Shown piece by piece: positions 14,201 to 25,700 of a stretch of DNA of 64,000 nucleotides; the stretch's first letter is position 1, and the number at the start of each line of letters is the position of its first letter. The position numbers and the translations under genes are program-made. The notes below the pieces were generated by a model that saw nothing but the letters and a program-made list of their open reading frames with translations, did not search any database and was not told the origin of the DNA. This DNA is from Mytilus trossulus (lineage: Eukaryota), in contig NC_086376.1 in NCBI RefSeq assembly GCF_036588685.1, forward strand, positions 83,369,630 through 83,433,629, in the 5' to 3' direction.

Positions 14201-15105
14201 GTGTAACGCTGAAGATGTAGTATTTCCGCCAATGTTTGAAGAAGTTTGGTCAAGCCTACTTCTTCCAGATGTTGTCACAGAAGATGGCTTCTCTGTTTTT
14301 ACCAATCCTGCGGTTAGGCCTAAACCTAAAAAAAAACAGTTGTATTACATTTTTCATTCTTTATGAAATGGTAGTGTTTTTTTAGATTCCCACATAAAAG
14401 TTTGTTATGTAAATTATTCATTCTTTGTGTACATATTCATGACCTGAACACATAAAATTATCTAATTTTTCAAAAAGTGCAACAATCAAGATCTGGCAAG
14501 TGTTAATATGTTGTTCTATCAGGTACAGAAATTTCCTAATTTTTTTTTATGTTTGTAAATTTGAGTGTCAAAACTTACAATTTTTTGTACATATACCATT
14601 AAACAGTAAGCATGTGGCACGTGGAGTTCTTTTATACAAGACCAGTTCTCTGTCCTAATACATGATTATGTAAGTAACTTCAAATATAATGGAATAATTA
14701 TACATAATTTGGAGATATTGGCAGATCTTCCAAATTCTCAGTTTAACATGCACACAACTTGTCTAGAATCATAGCATTTCATTGCTCAATTTAGAGCTTA
14801 CTTTAAGAAACAATGTATAGACACCCAACTATGGTTGAAGACAGTGTGTTGACATGTATGTGTCTTATTGAGTTTTTGTGTTGTTAGGTATATGTATTAT
14901 TGACTTTTATCTCACATCTCCTTTTATTCATCAAAACCTTCTTAGGTTGATTCATGCTGTTAAAACTTTTATTGTAAAACTAAAACATACCAGTTTGTGA
15001 TGTCAATTCTGTCTTCAGTGACCATTTTGACATCAATGATGAACTAGTTGATAACATCGACTTGTTGTCTCCCATTAGGAGTTTGTTTCTGTCAGTTGAC
15101 GACAT
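2269..15105 (-). CDS. TEP1: Telomerase protein component 1 / vault TEP1-like protein, N-terminal region plus TROVE domain; gene continues beyond the left edge
   Basis: Frame-consistent GT-AG exons: 15105-14991 (ATG), 14325-13580, 13184-13050, 12841-12680, 11571-11475, 10723-10470, 9739-9606, 9067-8910, 8567-8458, 7631-7541, 6488-6290, 5612-5432, 4875-4729, 3521-3435, 2962-2823, 2340-2269. TEP1-type motifs: DPEFVLKVALYTRKQLNIRTTANFLLA, LPSDWIEVAE, FDEYQLAKYN, LKQLIRKLHI, PETWET, KLPFMAMLRNLRN, SKQFPFRFFSAYE, ITGFSDAILR. Probable non-coding 5' exon with donor at 16328. Confidence 0.9.
2543..2751. mobile_element. TA-flanked MITE (Tc1/mariner-like ends)
   Basis: TA-CTGTAAATTTAAAAGTTATTGCA at the left end and TGCAATAATTTCTGAATTAACAG-TA at the right end are imperfect TIRs. 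A partial copy begins near 31581. Confidence 0.6.
3572..4108. mobile_element. Non-autonomous TIR element (MITE) with long inverted ends
   Basis: gtcagctgaaatttgtagcggttatctgtaaaaataatctaaactatca on the left is mirrored by tgatagtttagattatttttaccgataaccgctacaaatttcagctgac on the right. Confidence 0.75.
5723..5990. mobile_element. Foldback MITE, about 270 bp
   Basis: TACAGCCATTTGACTTGAGTGTGTAGG ... CCTACACACTCAAGTCAATTGGCTGTA. Self-complementary over almost its whole length. Same family as 34213-34487 and 48055-48327. Confidence 0.8.
6833..7080 (-). mobile_element. Long-hairpin non-autonomous element (hairpin about 6971-7070)
   Basis: agattatcattggtcatctcaac..ttttctc pairs with gagaaaa..gttgagataatcaacgataatct. 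Architecture resembles the elements at 26576 and 41007. Confidence 0.45.
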
Positions 15106-15509
15106 TTTCTATTTCTGAAACAGAAAATTTACAAATAATATTCTATGAATATAGATTATAGTCATTATTTACAATACTTATTATGTATGATCAACTAAGT
15201 AATTAATATATCATAAGCCTTTTCTATTTGTTGTTGATAAGTTTGTGCTAATAAAATATATTTGTATTAATATTTGTTCTGTTTTTAAATATAACTGTTA
15301 CCAAAGAAACAGCGCTGTATTCCCTGCTCTACAGCCATTTAGATGTTGTATCATAAATAAATAAATGAAGAATGCATCCATGCATATATATATATATGGG
15401 ACACAGATTAATTTTCCCTGATGAATAACGACGAATCACAGTAAAATTTTAACCAATATATATAACCTTAGAATAATGTTAACAGAAATTGACTGATTTT
15501 AAATGCATA

Positions 15510-16020
15510 TAGGCATACGGTGCAGTCCTGTGTATCTGCACACTCAGACTTATGACTTCACTTTTTTCAACTGATAAAACAAATAAATGGATGATATTGT
15601 GTTAACACATTCATAACATACTTTTATTTTATAAAATATTCTGTTGGTATGGTTTCAACCTCAAGATTTTGTGAAATATGTGTCCAAAATTAGGGAAACC
15701 CCTGTTCTGGGAATTCCTCCAGTGATTTCATGCATGCCTTCCAACAAAATTATTTCAATCTGATATAATTTTGACTTATAAAAAAACACATTTTATCTCA
15801 AGATGTATTTTTTTTAAAGGAAATTGGCCTTGTTAATCATGTGATTGCAGTATTATTTAACTCTTGAACTTATCAATTCTATTCTTTTTAATCCCTTTCG
15901 GAAGGCTAAAACAATAACAAGAACAATTTCATTTTTGCTAATTGACTATATGACTAAATCAGCTAATGTGCGGTATCAACAGCCGTGCAGACACCAGGGA
16001 CTCCACTGTACATATACCTA
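15510..16020. mobile_element. Non-autonomous TIR element with TAG termini
   Basis: Left end TAGGCATACGGTGCAGTCCTGTGTATCTGCAC matches the reverse complement of the right end GTGCAGACACCAGGGACTCCACTGTACATATACCTA imperfectly. Confidence 0.55.
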
Positions 16021-16328
16021 TCCTCCTGGTCTAGTATAATAAATTTGAGGGAAACTTGTTATCTTATGAAGTTATGTGCTTATTGACATTTATCCATAAC
16101 TTATTTCTTGTATAAATATGTTCTTTTAAATTGAAAAGGGTGATGCTACTATACTTCTTCAAGTCTAACTCAACACTTTTCAATAGTCAACAAACAAGAA
16201 AAGATACTCACCCACTACAACATCAACTGTAAATATATAGCTAAATCAGTATTAAATGTGCTTCAGTAGTACAATTTTAAACTAAAACATCAAAACAGCT
16301 ACTCCTATAAAGAGCATATCATATTTAC

Positions 16329-16762
16329 CTGGTTAGAAGAATCAGGAAAATCGGTATTTCACAACGATTTCACCATCATTGCTTGTGCTGACAGGACATT
16401 TTCCTAAACCAAAAGTCGTAGTGCAAACAAAACATTCGGGTCACTCCGGACCTGGCATTTGTTGGATGAAACAAGCCGAGAAGCTCCGAGTGAAGAAAAC
16501 AAAATCATTATTTATATTTTGATACTCAAATATGTCATGGTTTAAGAATAAAATCGTATACTTTGTAACAACTTTATGATTTAAAAAAAAATGTTAAATA
16601 CTAAAAATGGAAAAGAACGATCAATTTATCGTTGTTGTCAAATAATTTCGTGGATTACGGGTTCGCTGTTAATGTTCTAGACTGTCCTTTTAATTTCCCG
16701 CCATTTCCCATCACATTGTTCCTTTTCTTCAGTATTTTGTTGATTGCTAGTACTATAGAAAA
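16329..16762. promoter_or_regulatory. Putative bidirectional promoter shared by TEP1 (-) and MCMBP (+), with E2F site
   Basis: A minus-strand splice donor (CCAG|GTAAAT) at 16329/16328 lies 434 bp from the MCMBP ATG at 16763. TTTCCCGCCA, the E2F consensus, is at 16694-16703. CpG dinucleotides are locally more frequent. Confidence 0.6.
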
Positions 16763-19700
16763 ATGCCTGGTATTGGTGATGATTGGATTAATAACCCATT
16801 GGCCATAATTCAAAACATTATTGGTAAATCGCTGATATTAACAAACATATTTTTTTTTTTGCATATTTGCATAACTGGACACATTGGGGCTCACTTTAAA
16901 GCTTCTTTTGTTGAAAATTTTGTAATGATGTGCCAGTTGTCTAGTATGTGTTCCATATGTAAACACTATCTTCACGCTGGAATGCCCTTACCGTCGAGCG
17001 TCAAACTTATTTTCAGCTACTGTTACTGTCAAATTGGTTAGGGTAGTAATGCCCAGTCATTTTCGGCTACCGTTAGCGTCAAATTGAATAAAATTTTACT
17101 GTGATTTGCAGTGGTAAATCCAGGGGTTGGAACCCCTCCTTTTTTTTTTGGACGATAAACGCATATGAATGGGGACATATAGTTGGATCTGCCCCTTGTT
17201 TGTCAGAGGTCTCAAATAATAACCGTCTTCAAGCTTAACATGTGATTCGTCAAAATCATTCAAATGTTTAATCGCCCAAAAGAAAGTGCACATTTTATCA
17301 TCATGCATCTAAAATTACCGTTAAAGTCATTTGGCAAGAAATTTTACTGTGATTCATTATGAAAGTACCCCCATTACTACCCTCATAAATGTTATGTAAT
17401 TTGTCGAAATATCCTCATTGTTATAAGTCGGAGGTCTCAAATAATTATCGTTACTCTTATTTTTTTAGAAATTTGTATGTAATTCGTCAAAATCAGTCAT
17501 TTTTTTTAATGTTTATAAGAGAAAAGAGTGTTCATTTTACCATTATGCATAAAATTACTGGTAACATCATTGGCAAGAAAACAAATATTAATTTAAAATT
17601 TGTTCTGCAAATACATAGAAGTCAAACAGACAATAATAAAGAATTTGTAATGCTCGGAAACAAAGGAACAGCATAGATCAATGCTCTTATCCTAACATGG
17701 ATATCTCTACTGTATAACATTTGCTTTGTCAATACTACAAGCTTGGTCTTGTTGTTCAGCATGATGACTGGGTGTATTTGTGTCTGCCTAACACTATTTA
17801 GATGTGTCAATAAGACATTTCTCTATCCAGGTCACAACTACAAGTTAACAATAATTGGCAAAAGTTTGGCCTTTGACACAGAGCTTGGGTTTAAACTTAC
17901 AGGTAAAAATAAGGCCTTCAACACAGAGAACATACATATGTCATAGAAAATATTTGGGATGTAGACTTCTTGACAATGCTTGATGTTAGTACAATTGTAG
18001 TAAAAGAAAACAATTGAGTTGGGTTGTTGGACCATACAGACATGTGACAGAGTTGTCAAGTCACAACTGGAGATTTGGAAATTTTCAGCTGGAGTTTGGG
18101 CCTCATAACTGGAGATTTTTTATCGACATTTTAATCGACGTACGCAATGGTTTTTTGGTGTTTAAACTGCATATTTTCCTTTTTTGTTAATGATTTTATA
18201 ACTCCATAGCCATTTTTACTTGATAGAAGTAGAAGATCAGGGGTTTTTAAATATTTATTTATTATACATAAAGTTCAAGATAAAGTGATCAGCCTTCATA
18301 TATAGGTGGTAAAAAGTATCTCTGCTTAAGCATCATTGTTAATTTTGGTACCACTAACTGAACTGTGGTGTAGAATTGATAGAGTTGTGAGCTTTCTGGT
18401 GGGTTTGTTGTCTCCATATGTTAGGTCAAGTCATTAGAGTCACCATAGTCAGCTTTGCAACAAGTGTAGTAGACATACATATCATGTCTCAGTTCATTAA
18501 GATATTTGTCGTGTAGGTTAAGTAATACAACTGTTTAATGTTTTTAACAGCATCACAAAAATGTTGTTGTTTATACAACTTTAATTAATCCATTGTCAGT
18601 ATTTCACTTTTAATCATCAAGGCATGTGTCTTAAACTTGCTAGTTGATCACCAGGTAATTACCAATACTCTTTTATTGCTGTATATACAGTCTAATCCTT
18701 AACACCTTCATAGATAACTCAAGGCTATTTACCTTTTGACATCAAAACAGTTAAAGGAAACTTCCGTTTTTCTCGGACTTTTCCGATATGAATTTCGAGT
18801 TTCTCTGACTTTTTCTCTGTCAGTACCACTTTTGTAAACAAAAATTTCTACTGATTTTTTTTCGAGGTTGACATTTTCAAAAAGCGGAAGATTTCAAATT
18901 TAAACGGGAGGGACGGAAGAGGGTCTTAAAAGCGGGAAATTTTGACTCCCGCCGGAAGAATCACATGTATGACCATAAAAGAATATCACATCTTCCCTTT
19001 CATTTATTGACAAAATTCCTGAAATATATTTACAGAGCTCCAGATAAGAATTCATTAATTGGGGTTTTTACCCACCATTTTCTTATATAATTGGGTGATA
19101 AAGTTTTTTAATTGAATTATCAATTCCAATTCACCCCTCAGGTTAATATCAAATCGGGTTTTTCACCACCAAGCTCCTTAATGTATTGGGTTTTTTCATT
19201 GACACAATATTGAATATTTAGGCAATATCAACCCCAATTTTTTCCATCTTAAATTAATATGTTTCTGTCTTTGTTTAGCTCTTTTATTTGGTTTAGGGTT
19301 ATGGTTAGGGTTATTTGCTAGCTGTTTTATTTGGTTTATTCACTGAGGAGCAATTGTAGGTTTAATTTGTGTCCGGTTTCAAACCTTTTGCCAGTTTTGT
19401 ATTTTCTCACAAAAAAGGATATGTGTATTCACAGGCACTCGTCTTATACCTTTATATAATAAATTCTGAGACCAGTGCCTGATCAGTGGCTGTGTGCATG
19501 GTGTGTGTATTCATTAATTAACCGTAAAATGAATAAAAAATAGTTACTGTATATAAACTCTAATTATACTTGAATGATTTTCTTTTATTCAATTTACATA
19601 AATCTGGGTTTAGTTGTCTTTTATTAGAACTTTTGATTTCTGATGCTTTATCATTTCTTAATTGATTAAGCCTTTCACTTTTTCCAACTGAATTCGTTTT

Positions 19701-22700
19701 TGATGAAACACCGTGTTTATTAGCAATGTTTTCGCCCGTGCGTTCGATGGACGCTTCCTAAAGACACTGGCTGAGTCTTGTCATCATTATAACTTTCCCT
19801 CAGTTTTCCAAAATAAGCCGAAAACATGCTTCTATTCAATATTTTAACTGGACATTCACTTTCGTTTTAATTCGATGTATGTTATGAAAAATCCCGAGCA
19901 ATGCAAAAAAAATATGACTCCATGACACACGCTAATAGGATAAACACCGAGAAGATCGAAATATTTACAAAAACACGTGTACCTATTGAGCAACAGAAAA
20001 CTCAAACAGGGACTCATTTCAGCTACTTGATGCAGGGATCTATTTTTAGAACGACAGGAAATTTCCAATTATAAATATTATAAAAATAGTTTACGCGACG
20101 ACTGTAAACAGATAAGGGTAAATAACACAAACGGTAGCCAATAAAAGGGTTGAGAACTCATGGTTTTGGCATATAATTGGGTTTTCCGTTAAATTAATTG
20201 GGTTGTTGAACCCTTCAATGGACAATTGCATTGGGTTTTCTATTATTTGTATTGCGTGATCACGCAAATACGCAGCTTATCTGGAGCTCTGTATTTATAT
20301 ATTTTATTTACTTCTACAATCAGTGTTCCAGCTAGGCCGTTTTCAGAGGGCGCGGCGCCCGCCCTTTTCCGAGTGGCGCCCTGTGCCCTATTTACAGTTT
20401 CCAGGGCGCCCTGCCTTTTTAGCTCACCTGGCCCAAAGGGCCAAGTGAGCTTTTCTCATCACTTTGCGTCGGTCGTCCGTCGTCGTCGTCCTGCGTTAAC
20501 TTTTACAAAAATCTTCTCCTCTGAAACTACTGGGCCAAATTAAACCAAACTTGGCCACAATGATCATTAATGTATCTAGTTTAAAATTTGTGTTTTTTTA
20601 CCTGGCCAACTAACCAAGATGGCCGCCATGGCTATAAATAGAACATAGGGGTAAAATGCAGTTTTTGGCTTATAACTCAAAAACCAAAGCATTTAGAGCA
20701 AATCTGACATGGGGTAAAATTGTTTATCAGGTGAAGATCTATCTGCCATGAAATTTTCAGATGAATCAGACAACCCGTTGTTGGGTTGCTGCCCCTGAAT
20801 TGGTAATTTTAAGGAAATTTTACTGTTTTTGGTCATTATCTTGAATATTATTATAGATGGAGATAAACTGTAAACAGCAATAATGTTCAGCAAAGTAAGA
20901 TTTACAAATATGTCAACATGACCAAATTGGTCAGTTGACCCCTTTAGGAGTTATTGCCCTTTATAGTCAATTTTTAACCTTTTTTCGTAAATTTCCATAT
21001 CTTTTACAAAAATCTTCTTCTCTGAAACTACTGGGCCAAATTAAACCAAAATTAGCAACAATCAACATTGATGTATCTAGTTTAAAATTTGTGTTTTTTT
21101 ACCCGGCCAACCAACCAAGATGGCCACCATGGCTAAAAATAGAACATAGGGGTAAAATGCAGTTTTTGGCTTATATCTCAAAAACCAAAGCATTTAGAGC
21201 AAATCTGACAAGGGGCAAAATTGTTTATCTGGTCAAAATCTATCTGCCCTGAAATTTTAAGATGAATGGGTCAACTGGTTGTAAGGTTGCTGCCCCTAAA
21301 TTGGTAATTTTAAGGAAATTTTGCTGTTTTGGATTATTATCTTGAATATTATTATAGATAGAGATAAACTGTAAACAGCAATAATATACAGCAATTTAAG
21401 ACTAAAAAATAGGTCAAAATGACAAAAATGGTCAATTGACCCCCTATGAAATTATCGTTTTTATAATCAATTTTTAACAATTTTCATAAAATTTGTGAAT
21501 TTTTACTAACATTTTCCACTGAAACTACACGGACAAGTTCATTATAGATAGAGATGATTGTAAGCAGCAAGAATGTTTAGTAAAGTAAGATGTACAAACA
21601 CATCAAAATCACCTAAACACAATTTTGTCATGAACTGTCTGCTTCCTTTGTTTAATTCACATATACCAAGGTGAGCGACACAGGCTCTTTAGAGCCTCTA
21701 GTTTGAAGATCGATTGCATATTAATTTGTTTGTATTGATATGATACGCTAATTACTAAATTTTACCTGGGAAAGAGTTTATGACTTTGTTTACGACCCCA
21801 AGCTAATCAATGGTTACAACAGGTGTCATAATCTGTTGTTATAGGTAATCCGTTTATCGGATGGGTTATTAATGATCATCAACATTAATTCATTCAAATA
21901 CAATAGGTCAGTCGGCAATTATCTTTTAAGAAATGTGCGTACAACAACATGGGCACAATTTGCAATGTTTACCGTAGTTTCATGGAGGAAACGTAATGAC
22001 AGAAAGTTGGATAACCATAATAAACTTGTGGAAGACATTGTTTTACTTGTTTTCCGTAAAATAAACAGAAAATTCAGACGTATTTGTCATTGACTGCCTT
22101 CATTTTTTGATACGAAAATAACAAAACCATGCCATACATGTATTGTGATTATATTTACATCATATTTACGTACTGTTTATAATCCTCCATAGAAGAAGCA
22201 CACCCGAATAAAGAAAGATAACTCAATCTGATTTTTCCCCCTAGCATTGAGTAACCCATTTACATATTCTAAAATATGTCTACATACTTCTTGCTTAAGA
22301 ATATATATGTTTAGGTATTTATTTTGAGTTATAGGAAAAGTTAAAGAGGGTCTTAGTAGCAGTGTTGGTAGGGTGCCTTGGTCATCTTTTTCTTTATACA
22401 ATTTTTCACTGTTTCTTTATATCCTAAAAGTGTGAATTTACTGAGCACAGCTGTTTTGTGCTGTATTGCCATTAAAGCACAGCAGGGGTAGAAAGGTGAA
22501 ACTGGTAAAATGTGGCAGTCCATAGAAACAGTATGAAACATGTCACCTTTCAAAACATACTGCATATAAAGTTCAACTGTGCCAAGCAATGATAAAAAAA
22601 ACTTGTGTGACAAGCTGCTTGACAAGTTTTTCAGCCTTAAAAGTAGAAAGATAGAGTTCTATATGGGCTAATGATGTTGTTTTTGTATAACCTGTGATTC

Positions 22701-25700
22701 AATGAAAAACACAAATGTTTGATTAACATCTTTTATTAAAATATGCCCTTTTCATAGTATCATATCACGCGTTAAATGCCCTTTTTCAGGATTGGCACCC
22801 TGCCCTTTTGAAAACCTAGCTGGAACACTGACAATGTATTTACATGTAACAAGTTATCCAATGAAGACTGGATTTTGTATACTTTCAGATAACAAACAAA
22901 ATGATAATGGTGTTAAAGAATACTTCAGCAGTAAGCTGCAAACCAACTATGCTCTGAGTTGGGTAAGTTATTAGGGGTTAAGTTTTTTGCCCTAAGTTGG
23001 GGGATAAGTTTTAGAGTGTTTTAATTTCTTATGTCCTGAGTTGGAGGTAAGTTGGGGTGTTTAAATCTATTGTCCTGAATTGGGGGTACATGCAAGTTGA
23101 AGTAGGTTAATTATTTGCCTTGAGTTTGTTTAGTTCAGGGGGTTGAAACTTTAAACATAATATGTGAAATGTTAATAGGTGGGAAGTCATGATTTACAGT
23201 AGAAATACAGAAAGAGCAGAATTTTTGCTTAAAAAGAGTTTGTCTTATTTGCAGGTACCAAGTCTGAATGATACTCCACTGCATACCCTACAACCAAACT
23301 CTTTAGTAAGATTCAGATGTATGGTACAGGATATATATGATCCAGAATTCTACCTTGGACTCTATCAGGTGAAGGATTTAGAAACATCAAAAGTAACACA
23401 GAAATCTGGAATGTATAAAGATATTGCAGACTGTTCTGTAAGTTAATGAAGGCTGTTACGTTGTAGTCATTAAAATTCATAAAATTTTCCAAAATATAAA
23501 TACAACATTTTTGTTTTTTCGTCAGCTGGTGCTTTTAAAGAAAGATAGTGTTAATTCTGTGTATTTCCCAATCAAACCAACTTCACTCAAGGTAAAATAT
23601 TACTGAAGGGAATTATCATTGTGCTATTATTACAAGAAGATCTAGATGGCATTGACATCCCCTGCTTATACATCTTTAGCAGTGAAGATTCCTGTTATGC
23701 ACCAATATATTTTATTTAGTCAAATATGCATTTCCATGCTGGGTTTTTTAACACTCTCCACACATTTAAAAAGTGTAAGAGTTCAGCTGAATTTGCAAGA
23801 ACTAAAGTTAAGCCAGAACAAGGCCTACTTGAACTTCTGGTTTCGATACTGGTGATTTTTTACAGTGTAAAAGAATAAACCAGCATTGGTAGCAAACAGT
23901 GGATAAAATTGTGTCTAGTTTTGAATCAATTATTTAGCCAAAATGTGTTCAGCATGGTGACCCTATAATTCTTTTATATATGAACCTTTACTATTTTTTC
24001 CAGAAATCACAACAGATAGATGTAGAATCCAGAGACAATGTGACTATGGACAGACAAACAATATATTGTGTACCAATACCAGGGGAGACAACCTGGGTAA
24101 AAGAGGTAGGGTTTGAAAATTAATCAGGTTGGGAAATTATATTCTTAATTAGTATAACTGTCTTAAAGGCAAAGTTTATGCAGTTGGCCAATATTTTGGA
24201 TCTGCATGTGTATTTAACAGTATAATTAGGCATTCAATGTGCAGATTAATAAAGCCCTAGAACAACAAAATTACATTTGCCTTTGCTCATATACGCTAAA
24301 TGGGTTAAAATGGCTAAACATGAAATAACGTATCTGCAAAAATAGTTTTTTTACAACTTATAATATTGCTTATAGCATCTTTTTATCAAGTGAACAATTT
24401 AACTCTTTTAAAAATATATCATCTGATTTTGTACATTATAGACATATGCCGACAAAGCAGGTGTCAAAGTTCAACCTTCAATGTCACATGTTCCAGTTCG
24501 AAATAAACGTTCATTGGATGAAGAATCAGAAGATGTTGCTATGGAGACTTCAGAACCAACTGGAAACACAGAATCCTGTGATTCAGCAGAATCTAAGAGA
24601 ACAAGAACAGAAAACACACAAGGTATTTTGACACTTGAATGTAGGGGTTTGAAGACCTGTTATTCTAAACAAATTTCTAAATTCTTTTATAATCAGGTCT
24701 TTTTAGGAGAGACTGTTGCTGATATCTTTTTAATTGAATGACAAGATCTCGGATGAGGCCACTGCAAAAAGTTCAAAGACCTTAAGCATAATATATGCAT
24801 AGCTAAAATTTAAAAAGAGATCTTCTGAATGAGACAAATGTTTGAAGAATATTTAGAGCGTTTTAGTACAAAGATATTAGAAAGATATTTTTTTATTAAT
24901 TTTGTTTCAAAGGTAAAACAAACTACATTTGCAACCAATTTTTTGGGAAAATGTGGATCAGTAGGATGAATAAAATGGCAATCAAAAAAATTAAAATCCC
25001 AACTAGGGTATGTACATTTAAGCATTTACTTGTTACTCTCAACTTTTGAATATATTTTGCTCAAACAAGAATTATTATTGCATTAAGATAAAAGGAAAAT
25101 TATATACTTTTCTTTTATTTTTCAGCACAGCCTCCAAACGTGGGTCATGATTTAAACTTTCCTTTACAAGGAGAAAAGGGCACAGCTTGTTTAGTGAAGG
25201 CAAGTATAAGCTTTTCAACATGGATAAATTTTATGTAAAATTGTTTGGAAAATGTGGAGAGAAAAACAAAACTTTAGTCATGTAAGTATTTTTTAAAGGA
25301 TTTGCAATTAAATAATTACCTTACATTAGAAGTTGGTCCAACCCCATTTTTCTATGAGTCAGTTTGGATTCAAAATCATATTTGTGCTAACTCTACATCC
25401 AATAATGATGCATGAACCAAATAAAAGACTAAATAGAAACTTTTGACTTCTTAAGAATGAGGGGGAAAAACATTTGAGTCTTTATGTTACAATATTTTTG
25501 TCATGCAAATAATAGTTTTGCCTATATTTGTAAGAATTCTGACAATTTATTTCTTTTATTTTCAGATATATGATGATATTGACAAGTTTAAAGTGAACGA
25601 CATGGTTGAATTCATTGGTATATTATCTGTGGATCCAGCATTAGCTCAATTTAATCCTGAAAAGTAAGTTCAATTTTAAGTTGTAAAATAGTTGCATTGT

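Noticed and set aside
13497-14366. Plus-strand ORFs 13497-13853 and 13881-14366 (also 10483-10734 and 6229-6617)
   Set aside because: Antisense shadows of TEP1 coding exons.
17677-17946. Hydrophobic, Cys-containing open stretch in MCMBP intron 1
   Set aside because: No recognisable domain, no convincing splice sites, and not needed for the MCMBP frame.
20226-21252. ORFs 20226-20543, 20693-20893, 20935-21252 and 43424-43639
   Set aside because: They lie inside non-autonomous repeats, are not conserved between the two copies, and have no transposase motifs.
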